A stretch of 64,000 nt of DNA, taken from Candidatus Bathyarchaeota archaeon (GTDB taxonomy: Archaea; Thermoproteota; Bathyarchaeia; Bathyarchaeales; Bathycorpusculaceae). The translations under genes and the position numbers were made by a program. Under the pieces are notes generated by a model. It had not been told where the DNA came from, did no database searches, and saw nothing but the letters and a program-made list of their open reading frames with translations. Shown in pieces: positions 1 to 8,539 of this stretch; the first letter of the stretch is position 1; the number at the start of each line of letters is the position of its first letter. The DNA is taken from assembly GCA_963832745.1 (NCBI GenBank), contig CAWHVC010000005.1:320001-384000 (forward strand). The letters are read 5' to 3'.

Positions 1-263
1 GATTGTTTAGCAAGGTTGAGCTAAATTGAAAAGCTTATAAACAATCGATAATTATTTGTTTTACATTAACTTTGAAGCAAATAAAGTTGAAATTGAAATA
101 ATTAGAAATAAAAACAGCATCAATCCACCGTTACCTCGAAAGAAGGTTAAATGAAAAACTTGTAAGCAGCGCTCCCTTAAGTCCCTAAACAGTTAACGTT
201 ACATTGGAGTATTGCTTATATTACATCGTTAAAACTATACCACTACACGAAAGGTGCATCCTG

Positions 264-1016
264 ATGGTTGTCACAGTCGACATAACTGAAAAACCACAAC
301 TCAAAGACCCAATCCTAATCGAAGGCTTACCAGGCATAGGATTCGTAGCCAACATTGCAGCCCTACACTTAATCACCGAACTAAAAGCCAAACGGTTCGC
401 CCAAATTGTCTCCTCAAGTTTTCAAGACTTCGCCGTAACCACTGAAGACGGCAGTGCACGCTCACCAATCAACGAACTCTATTATGTTAAGCGAGAGGAA
501 GGCAACAGAGACCTAATCATATGGTACGGCAACACACAAGCATTAACAACCGTTGGCCAATACGAGTTATGCGGAAAAGTGCTTGACCTAGCACAGGAGT
601 TAGGCTGCAACTACGTGATTTCAATCGGAGGCTTCAAAAAAGATGAAGCACAACCCGTCCCCGGCATTTACAGCACCGCAACAGACCTTGACACAATGAA
701 AACCGCCTTGGACCTTGGCACCAAAGTGATGGTGGGCCATGTTTTCGGCATTGCAGGCATAAGCATCGGCTTAGCTAAACTGCATAACATGAAAGGTTTC
801 TCGTTGCTTGTTGACACACCCGGCATGAACCCGGATGTTAACGCTGCACGCTATGCATTGTTAACTTTGTTTAAATTTTTGAATTTCGAGGTTGACCTTA
901 CAGGTCTTGAGCAGACTGGCGAGGAGATTAAACGTATGCTTGAGACTTTTGGTTTGATTAGAAGCATTTCAGAAGAAAAGAAGAAAGAGGAGCAGCAGTT
1001 ACGCTGGTTCATCTAA
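264..1016 (+). CDS. PAC2-family proteasome assembly chaperone (ATP-grasp-like)
   Basis: LIEGLPGIGFVANIA N-terminal motif, ISIGG and TPG-NPD motifs; ATG 264 follows an AGGTG SD-like sequence. Confidence 0.85.
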   Translation: MVVTVDITEKPQLKDPILIEGLPGIGFVANIAALHLITELKAKRFAQIVSSSFQDFAVTTEDGSARSPINELYYVKREEGNRDLIIWYGNTQALTTVGQYELCGKVLDLAQELGCNYVISIGGFKKDEAQPVPGIYSTATDLDTMKTALDLGTKVMVGHVFGIAGISIGLAKLHNMKGFSLLVDTPGMNPDVNAARYALLTLFKFLNFEVDLTGLEQTGEEIKRMLETFGLIRSISEEKKKEEQQLRWFI

Positions 1017-1029
1017 AGCTTTTTTTGTT

Positions 1030-1452
1030 TTAGGCTTTTGTTTCGCTAACGAATTGCTCGTAAACTCTTTGCACTCTTTCGGCTGCTGGCCCGGAGCCAT
1101 CAGTGACACCGCGCTCAGTTAACTTTACTTTATCCATAACCCAAATGAAGCCTTTATCTTCATAGAGTTTAACCATTGTCGGGAACACTTTTTCTAGTCT
1201 CTGTGCGAGCGCTTTAAGGTCGAATGATTTTTCTGCAGTGGTTATCTGTGCAATTGTGCTCCCGTTAAGGAATAGACGGTTTACTGTTTTGCCGCCTTCT
1301 TCTTTTGCGTCTGCCAGTGCCAGACTTAAATTGTCTGGGTTAATGCCGATTAGAGTGCCTGTGAAACTTTTACCGCTTGTTGTTGTTACTGAAACAATTT
1401 TTTCTGCGAGTGCTGCGACTTCTGTAAAATATTTTCTTTGCGCTACAGACAC
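1030..1452 (-). CDS. Sm-like RNA-binding protein with C-terminal extension (SmAP3 type)
   Basis: Sm1 (V.T..GKSFTGTLIG.N...LSLAL) and Sm2 (LFLNGSTI) motifs plus a ~65 aa C-domain (KVKLTERGV.GSGPAAERV). Confidence 0.85.
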   Translation of the reverse strand: MSVAQRKYFTEVAALAEKIVSVTTTSGKSFTGTLIGINPDNLSLALADAKEEGGKTVNRLFLNGSTIAQITTAEKSFDLKALAQRLEKVFPTMVKLYEDKGFIWVMDKVKLTERGVTDGSGPAAERVQRVYEQFVSETKA

Positions 1453-1556
1453 AATTTATTTCTCCAATAGCTACGAAATTGCACTACAACTATTTATCTT
1501 TAAGCAACAACAAGTCAGCAATCAACCGAAAACAGACAAGAAAAACATCTTTTTGG

Positions 1557-1706
1557 CGCTGAATTTAAACATATTAATGACGGGTTTTCTGTCTCCTTAG
1601 TGATTTGCGTTTTGAGGCAGAAAAGTGTGGATTAACCTACCCCTACTAGAAAAGGCAGCCCCCCCTTAGGTTTCTGCATACTATTTCTAATAGGATCCAA
1701 ATAGGC
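1557..1706 (+). repeat. dispersed intergenic element, copy 1
   Basis: AACATATTAATG ... ACCTACCCC ... CCCCCCCTTAGGTTTCTGCA ... TTTCTAATAGGATCCAAATAGGC; same modules as copies at 19245, 30977 and 62336. Confidence 0.85.
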
Positions 1707-1728
1707 AGCAAATAGATAGTTGAAGCGA

Positions 1729-1959
1729 CTATGTTATGTCTGCAGATTTGCCTTGAGAACAGTAGTAGAGTTGGTCTAGGCCATATTGTTTGGCGACTGG
1801 ACAACTGGGGCAGATGCAGCTCTGGGTTTTAACTTTTTCAACGGCTTTTCCTCTTGCACAATACAGTATGCTGGTAAGGTTGGATTTTTTGTATGTAGGA
1901 CATGTGGGACAAGTGCAGAGTTTAGTGTTTTGTTCAGTATCCGGTACAAGATTACCCAT
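1729..1959 (-). CDS. small Cys-rich protein (DUF2769-like)
   Basis: CTCPTCPTY...LYCARGK...CICPSCPV...YYC pattern. Confidence 0.75.
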   Translation of the reverse strand: MGNLVPDTEQNTKLCTCPTCPTYKKSNLTSILYCARGKAVEKVKTQSCICPSCPVAKQYGLDQLYYCSQGKSADIT

Positions 1960-2151
1960 AAAGGTTTCACAACTACTGATGCCACTATTTTGTTAGTAAG
2001 GGTATGTGACTGCCTTAAGACGATAACAACACTGAGGAATGCTTTTTTGTTTAATTCAAAACAGGTCACATTTAATTATGTTTTGCAAAAAAATATATTG
2101 ATACACGCCCAAATATAGAGGCTAAGAGGTATTGCCTCTGGAGGATGGTTA

Positions 2152-4467
2152 ATGAAGATTGGCCTGTTTCCAGCAGTAGCTTTAGCCGCGGCAATGTGGC
2201 TAATGATAATATTTAACCTGTTCTCTTCAGTCACTTTCGATCCACCTTACCTCCTGTTTATCCTAAATATTCTATTCATAACAGGCGTAGGAGTCACAAT
2301 CGCGGCGATTTCAGGAAAAAGTTACCTAAAAGACGGTTCAACAAACATTCTTCTACTTGGCTGCTCGGTTCTTGTAAGCGGTTTCACAGGTTTCTTTGCT
2401 GGTTGGGCATCAACATCTGCCAACGTAAACATGACAGTTTTTAGCATTGGAATTCTTGTTTCATCTTGCTTTCAGCTCGCCGCGGCTCATGTAACATTAA
2501 AAGGTGAAGGCATTAACTGGTTTAATAAACGCAAAATCACGTTAGGATTATTTTACGTTTCAATTACCGTGTTTATGGTGGCTTTAGCAACGGTTTCTTC
2601 TCTAGAACTCCTGCCTCCATTTTTTAAGATAACTGGTCCAGCTATGCTTAGCAAGACTGTTTTATGCATATCACTTGCCTTTTTCATTTTTTCCGCATTA
2701 ATCTTTATCTATCAATACCTGCAAACAAAATCAAGTGTGCTCTACTGGTACTCACTTGCTTTAGTAATAATATCAACAAGTCTATTTGGCCTACTTTTCG
2801 CTCAACAGTTTACCGGAGTACTTACTTGGATGTCACGGTGCGCACAATACCTTGGCGGATTCTATTTTCTTATCGCTCTGCTATCACTGCGGAATTTGGA
2901 CAGCCAAAGTGTAACACTTGCAGGAAAATGGCAAGAAGCTTTCATTCCAAACCGCAAGCAAGCAGCCAACTTTTTCTCTAAAATGCTAAATGGGTTTACT
3001 TACTGCAAAATAATAACCGACAGTGAAGGAAAACCAGTTGATTGGCTTTACCTTGATGTCAACGATGTATTTGCAAGAAGTTCTGGACATCAAAGATTTG
3101 AATTTTTAGGTAAAAAAGGTTCTGATTTTTCGCCTTCATTTCAGGATGAATGCAATTGTTGGCTTGAGCGTTTTGGAAAGGTTGCTCTAACAGGCAAGGC
3201 TGTCATGTTTGAGGATTATTGCAAGCCTTTCAAAAAATGGTTCAACATTTCATCGTATAGCCCAAAAAAAGGGTATTTCATAACGTTAAGTGAAGATATA
3301 ACTGAACGCAAGAAGCTTGAAGAGGTTATAACTTATTCTGAAATGAAGTATCGTCGTGTGTATGAAACCTCACAGGATGGCATCATAGCCAGAAACCTAC
3401 AGGGACGCATGATTGACTGCAACCAAGCTTACGCCAAAATGCTTGGATACTCAAAAAAAGAATTAAAAGATCACTCTTACACGCAAGTGCTGCCCGCGAA
3501 GTGGCATGAACATCGAGAAACCATAATCAGAAATGTTCTGGAAACGGGGCACTCTAATTTTTATGAACGCGAATATACCCGAAAAGATGGCTCCATATTC
3601 CCTGCGTCTGTTAGAACATGGCGGTTGACAAGCGATAAAGGCGAAGTCCTTGGCGTGTGGTCAACTGTCCGTGACATTAGCGACCAAAAGGAGTACCAGC
3701 AGAAACTTGAAGAATACTCTAAACAGCTTGAACAGTTAGTTGAAGAGCGTACACGTAAACTTAAGGACGCTGAACGTTTAGCTGCCATCGGAGAAACAGC
3801 AGGAATGGTTGGACACGATATTCGCAATCCATTGCAAGCCATAATTGCAGAGGTTTTCCTCTCAAAACAAGAAGTTGAAGCAATTCCGGAAGGTGCGAAC
3901 AAAACCAATTTAAAAGAAAGTTTATCTTCAATCGAAAATCAAACAATGTACATAAACAAAATTGTGGCTGACCTGCAAGATTTCACAAAGCTGACTCAAC
4001 CGCAAATCGAAGAAGTCACACTTCAACAAGTTTTTAAGGACACGCTTTCCACGGTTTCTGTTCCAGAACTCATCAAAACCAAAATATCAATAAAACCTAG
4101 CTTATCCAAAATTAAAAGTGACCCAAACCTGCTGAAGCGGATACTGACAAATCTGAGCCTAAATGCGGTGCAAGCTATGCCTAATGGAGGAACATTAACA
4201 CTTAAAGCAGCCCTCAAGAACGGCACCGCAGTAATAAGCGTTCAAGACACAGGCGCAGGTATTCCTGAGGATGTAAAAAAGAATCTCTACAAACCGTTAT
4301 TCACCACTAAACCTAAAGGGCAAGGCTTCGGGTTAGCAGTGGCTAAAAAATTAACTCAATCATTAAACGGGACCATAAAATTTGAAAGCATAAAAGACGT
4401 TGGAACCACCTTCACAATCATTCTACCGCAAAAACAAGAAATACAAAAACCTAAAACTGGCGAATAA
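2152..4467 (+). CDS. membrane sensor histidine kinase (about 8 TM, 2 PAS, HisKA, HATPase)
   Basis: hydrophobic N-terminus; PAS ends DITERK and DISDQK; H-box GHDIRNPL; N-box NAVQAM; DTGAGI; FTTKPKGQGFGL. Confidence 0.92.
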   Translation: MKIGLFPAVALAAAMWLMIIFNLFSSVTFDPPYLLFILNILFITGVGVTIAAISGKSYLKDGSTNILLLGCSVLVSGFTGFFAGWASTSANVNMTVFSIGILVSSCFQLAAAHVTLKGEGINWFNKRKITLGLFYVSITVFMVALATVSSLELLPPFFKITGPAMLSKTVLCISLAFFIFSALIFIYQYLQTKSSVLYWYSLALVIISTSLFGLLFAQQFTGVLTWMSRCAQYLGGFYFLIALLSLRNLDSQSVTLAGKWQEAFIPNRKQAANFFSKMLNGFTYCKIITDSEGKPVDWLYLDVNDVFARSSGHQRFEFLGKKGSDFSPSFQDECNCWLERFGKVALTGKAVMFEDYCKPFKKWFNISSYSPKKGYFITLSEDITERKKLEEVITYSEMKYRRVYETSQDGIIARNLQGRMIDCNQAYAKMLGYSKKELKDHSYTQVLPAKWHEHRETIIRNVLETGHSNFYEREYTRKDGSIFPASVRTWRLTSDKGEVLGVWSTVRDISDQKEYQQKLEEYSKQLEQLVEERTRKLKDAERLAAIGETAGMVGHDIRNPLQAIIAEVFLSKQEVEAIPEGANKTNLKESLSSIENQTMYINKIVADLQDFTKLTQPQIEEVTLQQVFKDTLSTVSVPELIKTKISIKPSLSKIKSDPNLLKRILTNLSLNAVQAMPNGGTLTLKAALKNGTAVISVQDTGAGIPEDVKKNLYKPLFTTKPKGQGFGLAVAKKLTQSLNGTIKFESIKDVGTTFTIILPQKQEIQKPKTGE

Positions 4468-5365
4468 ACGGTTCCAGTTGATGAACGTTTTCAAAGGTTG
4501 GCTGCAACGGCAAAGATAGGTACGCGCCAAACCGGTTAAAGTATGGTTCGCCTTTCCTTGAAAACAACGGTAAAACTTTGCCGCTATGATTCACTTTGAA
4601 ACCTTCTGGCGAAGCTTCATGCCCACGGATTAAAATCTGGGCGTCTACAGCTTCAAGCACTCGCCTTGTTACTTTTTCGCCGAAAACCACGCCCACGCCT
4701 CGAGAAGAAGTAACCACATTTTCAACTGAATCATCGGGGTCACTCCAAAGCAGTTCTGCAAACAACGCGGGGTTCCGGTCTGCATCGGCGATGCTGTTTA
4801 AGTTATGGATTTTGGGGGAAACACCGCCGTGAAGCATCAAGAACCGCTTTTCTACGTAAACGCCAAGATACAACTGGTCAAAAAGTTGGAAAAGCCGTTC
4901 GTAAATGGTCTGCCAGTTGCTGGGAAACCTGTTTTGAAGCAGCAGGGGCAAATCATGCGGGTAAGCCAACAAGTCTTTTGGGCCTTCATGGTTTCCACGT
5001 AGCAAAACAATTTGCCGAGGAAAAGCCAGCTTCAAACTCAACAACATGTAAAGTATTTCGGCAGAGTTTGGACCCCTGTCAATGTAGTCACCTAAAAAAA
5101 CCATGCAAGCATCAGGCGAGTTTTCCACATTTGCCATAAACCTGCTGCCTTCAATTATGGTTTTTAGGCTGGTTAAGTCTCCATGCAAATCCCCGACTAC
5201 CAAAGCTTCGCCGGTTGGGTCAAGTTTCACAAGGCGGTTCTCAATCACAAAGTTGCCTACTCGGCCTTTCTCCAGCTTTAGCATTTTAATGGAGTTATCT
5301 ATTAATTCAAGAAATCTGCTACCTGAAACCTCTGCGGATTCATGAGAAAATGAAGAAAAAAACAT
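4451..5365 (-). CDS. PPP-family Ser/Thr protein phosphatase
   Basis: GDLHG, GDYIDRG, LRGNHE, HGG, LLWSDP, RG and IRGHE motifs. Confidence 0.92.
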   Translation of the reverse strand: MFFSSFSHESAEVSGSRFLELIDNSIKMLKLEKGRVGNFVIENRLVKLDPTGEALVVGDLHGDLTSLKTIIEGSRFMANVENSPDACMVFLGDYIDRGPNSAEILYMLLSLKLAFPRQIVLLRGNHEGPKDLLAYPHDLPLLLQNRFPSNWQTIYERLFQLFDQLYLGVYVEKRFLMLHGGVSPKIHNLNSIADADRNPALFAELLWSDPDDSVENVVTSSRGVGVVFGEKVTRRVLEAVDAQILIRGHEASPEGFKVNHSGKVLPLFSRKGEPYFNRFGAYLSLPLQPTFENVHQLEPFIRQF

Positions 5366-5376
5366 TTGAATACACG

Positions 5377-6624
5377 TTACGCAATCTGAATACTTTTGGT
5401 GAACGCTGCTGAAATGTTGCGTTCAATGGCCCGTTTGCGGTTGCTGATTTCAGTTTGCAGGTCTTGATATTCACGGTTTTTAACTGCTTCGTGTGCTTCG
5501 ACACTTGTTTTTTTGGCTTTAAGCTGGTCGGCTTGGTCTTCATAAACAGAAATGTTGCGTTTGATTTCGTCCATACGTGCTGAAGCTAATAACTGCTCTT
5601 TTTTGGCTGTAAGCGATTTGCTTTTTTCTTGCATTTCGCCAAGCAGGTTTTTGTCTAAAAAGTCTGTGACAGATTGTTCAGCTTTTCTTGCTTTGTCAGG
5701 TTTAAGTTTTAACTTGTCCTCTTTGAGCATGTCTGAGAGTTTTTCAAGAATCTGCTTTAAAGTTGGGTAACCGTTTTCTTCACTTGCCAAAGCTTCAAAG
5801 GGTTTATCCAAGTACAAGCTAATCATACGTAACTCGTCAGGGGTTATGCCTCCACCGCCACCTGAAGTCGCCATCGCCTGCATCTTAATAAACGGTTTCT
5901 GCAGGTGCCTAAGCGTGTTTTTCAAATCGTTGCTTAAAGCGTCAATTTCGTTGTTTACAAGGTTCAACTGGTCGATTGGACCTGCAGTTTTTAGCTGGTC
6001 TGTTTTCTGTTCTAACCCAGCGATTTCCTGCTCAATTGGGGCACGTTCATTTTTTATTACATCAATTTCCGTCTGCAAAACAGCCAGTTTAGCTTCTAAA
6101 ACTTGAACATCATTAAGCATTTGGATGGTTTCTTCTAAAGTTTTGGTTTTCACGTATTCTTTAGTTACGAATTCGTTAAGTGTGTTGAAGGTTTGCTTGG
6201 TTTTCTCGTAAACGGTTAGGAATTTTCTTCTATCCATGATGAAGAATGGCGAGATTTTTGGGAACCAGTTTTTTACGTCAATTTCGGTGACGATTAAAGT
6301 TTTTTGTGTTTCAGCGTTGTATTTGTTTAGTGAGTCATAGGTTACTTGTTCGGGTGGTGTGAGTTTTTTTAGTCGGTCGATGAAGAGGTGGGCTAGCTTG
6401 TTTAGGGCTCGGGCTCGGTTGTAGACTTTCATGTTGCGTTTTTCTATTTCTCGTGTGCTGTTCTCTAAGAGGGATTCACAAACTTCGTTCATGGCTGTGA
6501 TGGATTGGTTCATTTCGTCGCGGAGTTTTTTGGCTTGGTTTTGAACTGGGGTGAGGGTTGTGCTTGTTTCTTTTTCTATCCACTGTTTAAGAGTTAATGT
6601 TGAAAATTGGGTCATTTCTGTCAT
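5377..6624 (-). CDS. long coiled-coil hypothetical protein
   Basis: 415 aa K/E/Q-rich heptad pattern; 11 bp upstream of the phosphatase, same strand. Confidence 0.7.
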   Translation of the reverse strand: MTEMTQFSTLTLKQWIEKETSTTLTPVQNQAKKLRDEMNQSITAMNEVCESLLENSTREIEKRNMKVYNRARALNKLAHLFIDRLKKLTPPEQVTYDSLNKYNAETQKTLIVTEIDVKNWFPKISPFFIMDRRKFLTVYEKTKQTFNTLNEFVTKEYVKTKTLEETIQMLNDVQVLEAKLAVLQTEIDVIKNERAPIEQEIAGLEQKTDQLKTAGPIDQLNLVNNEIDALSNDLKNTLRHLQKPFIKMQAMATSGGGGGITPDELRMISLYLDKPFEALASEENGYPTLKQILEKLSDMLKEDKLKLKPDKARKAEQSVTDFLDKNLLGEMQEKSKSLTAKKEQLLASARMDEIKRNISVYEDQADQLKAKKTSVEAHEAVKNREYQDLQTEISNRKRAIERNISAAFTKSIQIA

Positions 6625-6752
6625 GCTTGCTCACCTTAAACTAACTATGCCATGTTATACCATATATTAATTTTCCATAATTTAGAATAAACACTTTTTT
6701 GGGTAACTACTCTTAAATAGGTAAAAAGGACTGAAACACAGGGAAACCAGAA

Positions 6753-7349
6753 TTGAACACCAAAAAACTTACATTCATAATAATGATGGGCGCTCTTGGG
6801 AACGGCCTATTCGTCGTAAGCTACGCAATAGGACAAATAGCCCCCGGTGTAGCCCTTGACCTGTCACTACTTGCCGTTTTCATCGCAGGCATCTATGCGG
6901 GACCAAAAGCAGGTTTCGTCACAGGCTTAATCGCTGGAATAATACCTGGAATCATGTTTGGACCTGCAGGGACGGGAGGCATTTTAGGCTTGCTTGCTTT
7001 ACCCTTTGGGAAAGGTCTTACAGGATTAACTGTAGGCTTACTTGCCACCGGACTCAAATTAGACAGTAGACCACACAAAGCATTGATAGGCATACCAACA
7101 ATTCTACTGGCATACATACCTGAAGGATTATTCACCTATGCATACTTTACAACGCTATTGCCATTTTTCTTCCCCGATCAACTCGTTCCAGACTTCATTG
7201 TAAGTGGAATCATGATAAAAGCCGTCATAGAAGTAGTGATAATGAGCTTCATAATCGCCGCTCTGCTAAGCAACAAGGCATTCAACAACTATATTACAGC
7301 ATACTTCTGCAAAACAAAAACAGCAAAAAACCAAACAATCAAACAATAA
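6753..7349 (+). CDS. ECF transporter S-component
   Basis: about 6 TM helices; DLSLLAVFIAGIYAGPKAGFVTG signature. Confidence 0.75.
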   Translation: MNTKKLTFIIMMGALGNGLFVVSYAIGQIAPGVALDLSLLAVFIAGIYAGPKAGFVTGLIAGIIPGIMFGPAGTGGILGLLALPFGKGLTGLTVGLLATGLKLDSRPHKALIGIPTILLAYIPEGLFTYAYFTTLLPFFFPDQLVPDFIVSGIMIKAVIEVVIMSFIIAALLSNKAFNNYITAYFCKTKTAKNQTIKQ

Positions 7350-7391
7350 ACAAACTTTTCTTTTTTTTAAAAAACAAGAAAAATGGTAGGC

Positions 7392-8357
7392 TTAAAAGCC
7401 TAAAGATTCTGAGAGAACTTTTGGATTGATTTTTCCTGCCTTGAACGTTCTGCCAGTTTTTGCATTATTTATCATTATAACGGCTGGCGCGAACAGGTTA
7501 TGGTCGATTTTGTAGAAATCTTTGTCTGCTTCACGGAAAATCTGCAGAAAAGGCTTACCATAATCTTTAGACACCATGGAGGGGGTTTGGTTTGCGATTT
7601 CTTGCAGTTTCGCTTCATCGTCATAGTCAACTGCGCAGAAAACTGTTCCACCATACAAGATGGCGTCGTTGGTGCGTGCCATTGCAACCTCAAAATCGAG
7701 GCATGAAGGACTAATTGGCGCGTAACCCAGAGCATATTTTATGCATTTAGGGTCTAAACCGACCGTATTAAGCTTATGAATCCCCACTTCGACAACACGA
7801 CCAGTGACTTGGGTTAAACCGGCAATGCTTGCTGTTGGAGCAACCATTATAATTTGGTTTTCTGGGGCTACGTTGGTGTTTTTTGTGACTTTTTCAATCA
7901 GCCCGTCGGTTGGCAGCTGGTTGCTTTCAAGGGCGATTACGGTTTTGTCACATTTGTCTGTGTAGCCGATTTCTTCGTAAACTTCTTTGGGTTTAAGAGC
8001 TATGGCGCGTGCGGGACCTGAACCGATAGCAATGTTGCCGTTTTCTTCTTTGATGCGCCAACCTGCAAACTGGCTGCCTAAACAGGCGATTGCTGGAAAA
8101 TCGGTGGTAACAGTGACAGATGGAAAATCGATATCGCCGTATGATTTGAAGCCTATGTCGACTTTTCCGGCTGCGCCAAGGCAGAGTTCGGTTAAGATTT
8201 TGCCTGCCTCAAAACCTCCAGGGGCTTTTACGCCTGCGTCAATAATTGTTGCTCCAGCTGTGGATTTTGAAACGGCTACACGGTAATATTCGGGGTTATC
8301 TAGAAGTTTTTGGGCTAATTTGAAAGCCAACAGGTTTACGCTTAAAGCTTTGACCAT
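7392..8357 (-). CDS. mch: methenyl-tetrahydromethanopterin cyclohydrolase
   Basis: LSVN, IIDAG, ACLGSQFAGW, GSGPARA, NDAILYGG, FYKIDHNLFAPA motifs. Confidence 0.95.
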   Translation of the reverse strand: MVKALSVNLLAFKLAQKLLDNPEYYRVAVSKSTAGATIIDAGVKAPGGFEAGKILTELCLGAAGKVDIGFKSYGDIDFPSVTVTTDFPAIACLGSQFAGWRIKEENGNIAIGSGPARAIALKPKEVYEEIGYTDKCDKTVIALESNQLPTDGLIEKVTKNTNVAPENQIIMVAPTASIAGLTQVTGRVVEVGIHKLNTVGLDPKCIKYALGYAPISPSCLDFEVAMARTNDAILYGGTVFCAVDYDDEAKLQEIANQTPSMVSKDYGKPFLQIFREADKDFYKIDHNLFAPAVIMINNAKTGRTFKAGKINPKVLSESLGF

Positions 8358-8474
8358 AATGAATTCACCATTAAGCTAAAGATATCTTGTTGACTGGAGA
8401 AATATTAAAGGTAACGCCTCAGAAAAATTTTTTGTTTGATGCAAAATCAAGTTTTAGTACAATGCAAATTTGTT

Positions 8475-8496
8475 TTAGTCAAGGAAGTTTGACGGA
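8475..8496. promoter_or_regulatory. inverted repeat TTAGTCAA-N6-TTGAC immediately upstream of BRE/TATA
   Basis: TTAGTCAAGGAAGTTTGACGG followed by AAACCCTTTTTATA; same layout at 52335 and 30880-30922. Confidence 0.6.
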
Positions 8497-8539
8497 AACC
8501 CTTTTTATATTAAAAACTAACGCAAAAATGTGGACGACT

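Noticed and set aside
7392-8357. mch, CbiX and the amidase as evidence of methanogenesis/F430 synthesis
   Set aside because: mch also serves the archaeal Wood-Ljungdahl pathway; no mcr or cfbCDE here; CbiX is fused to CbiC in a cobalamin operon.
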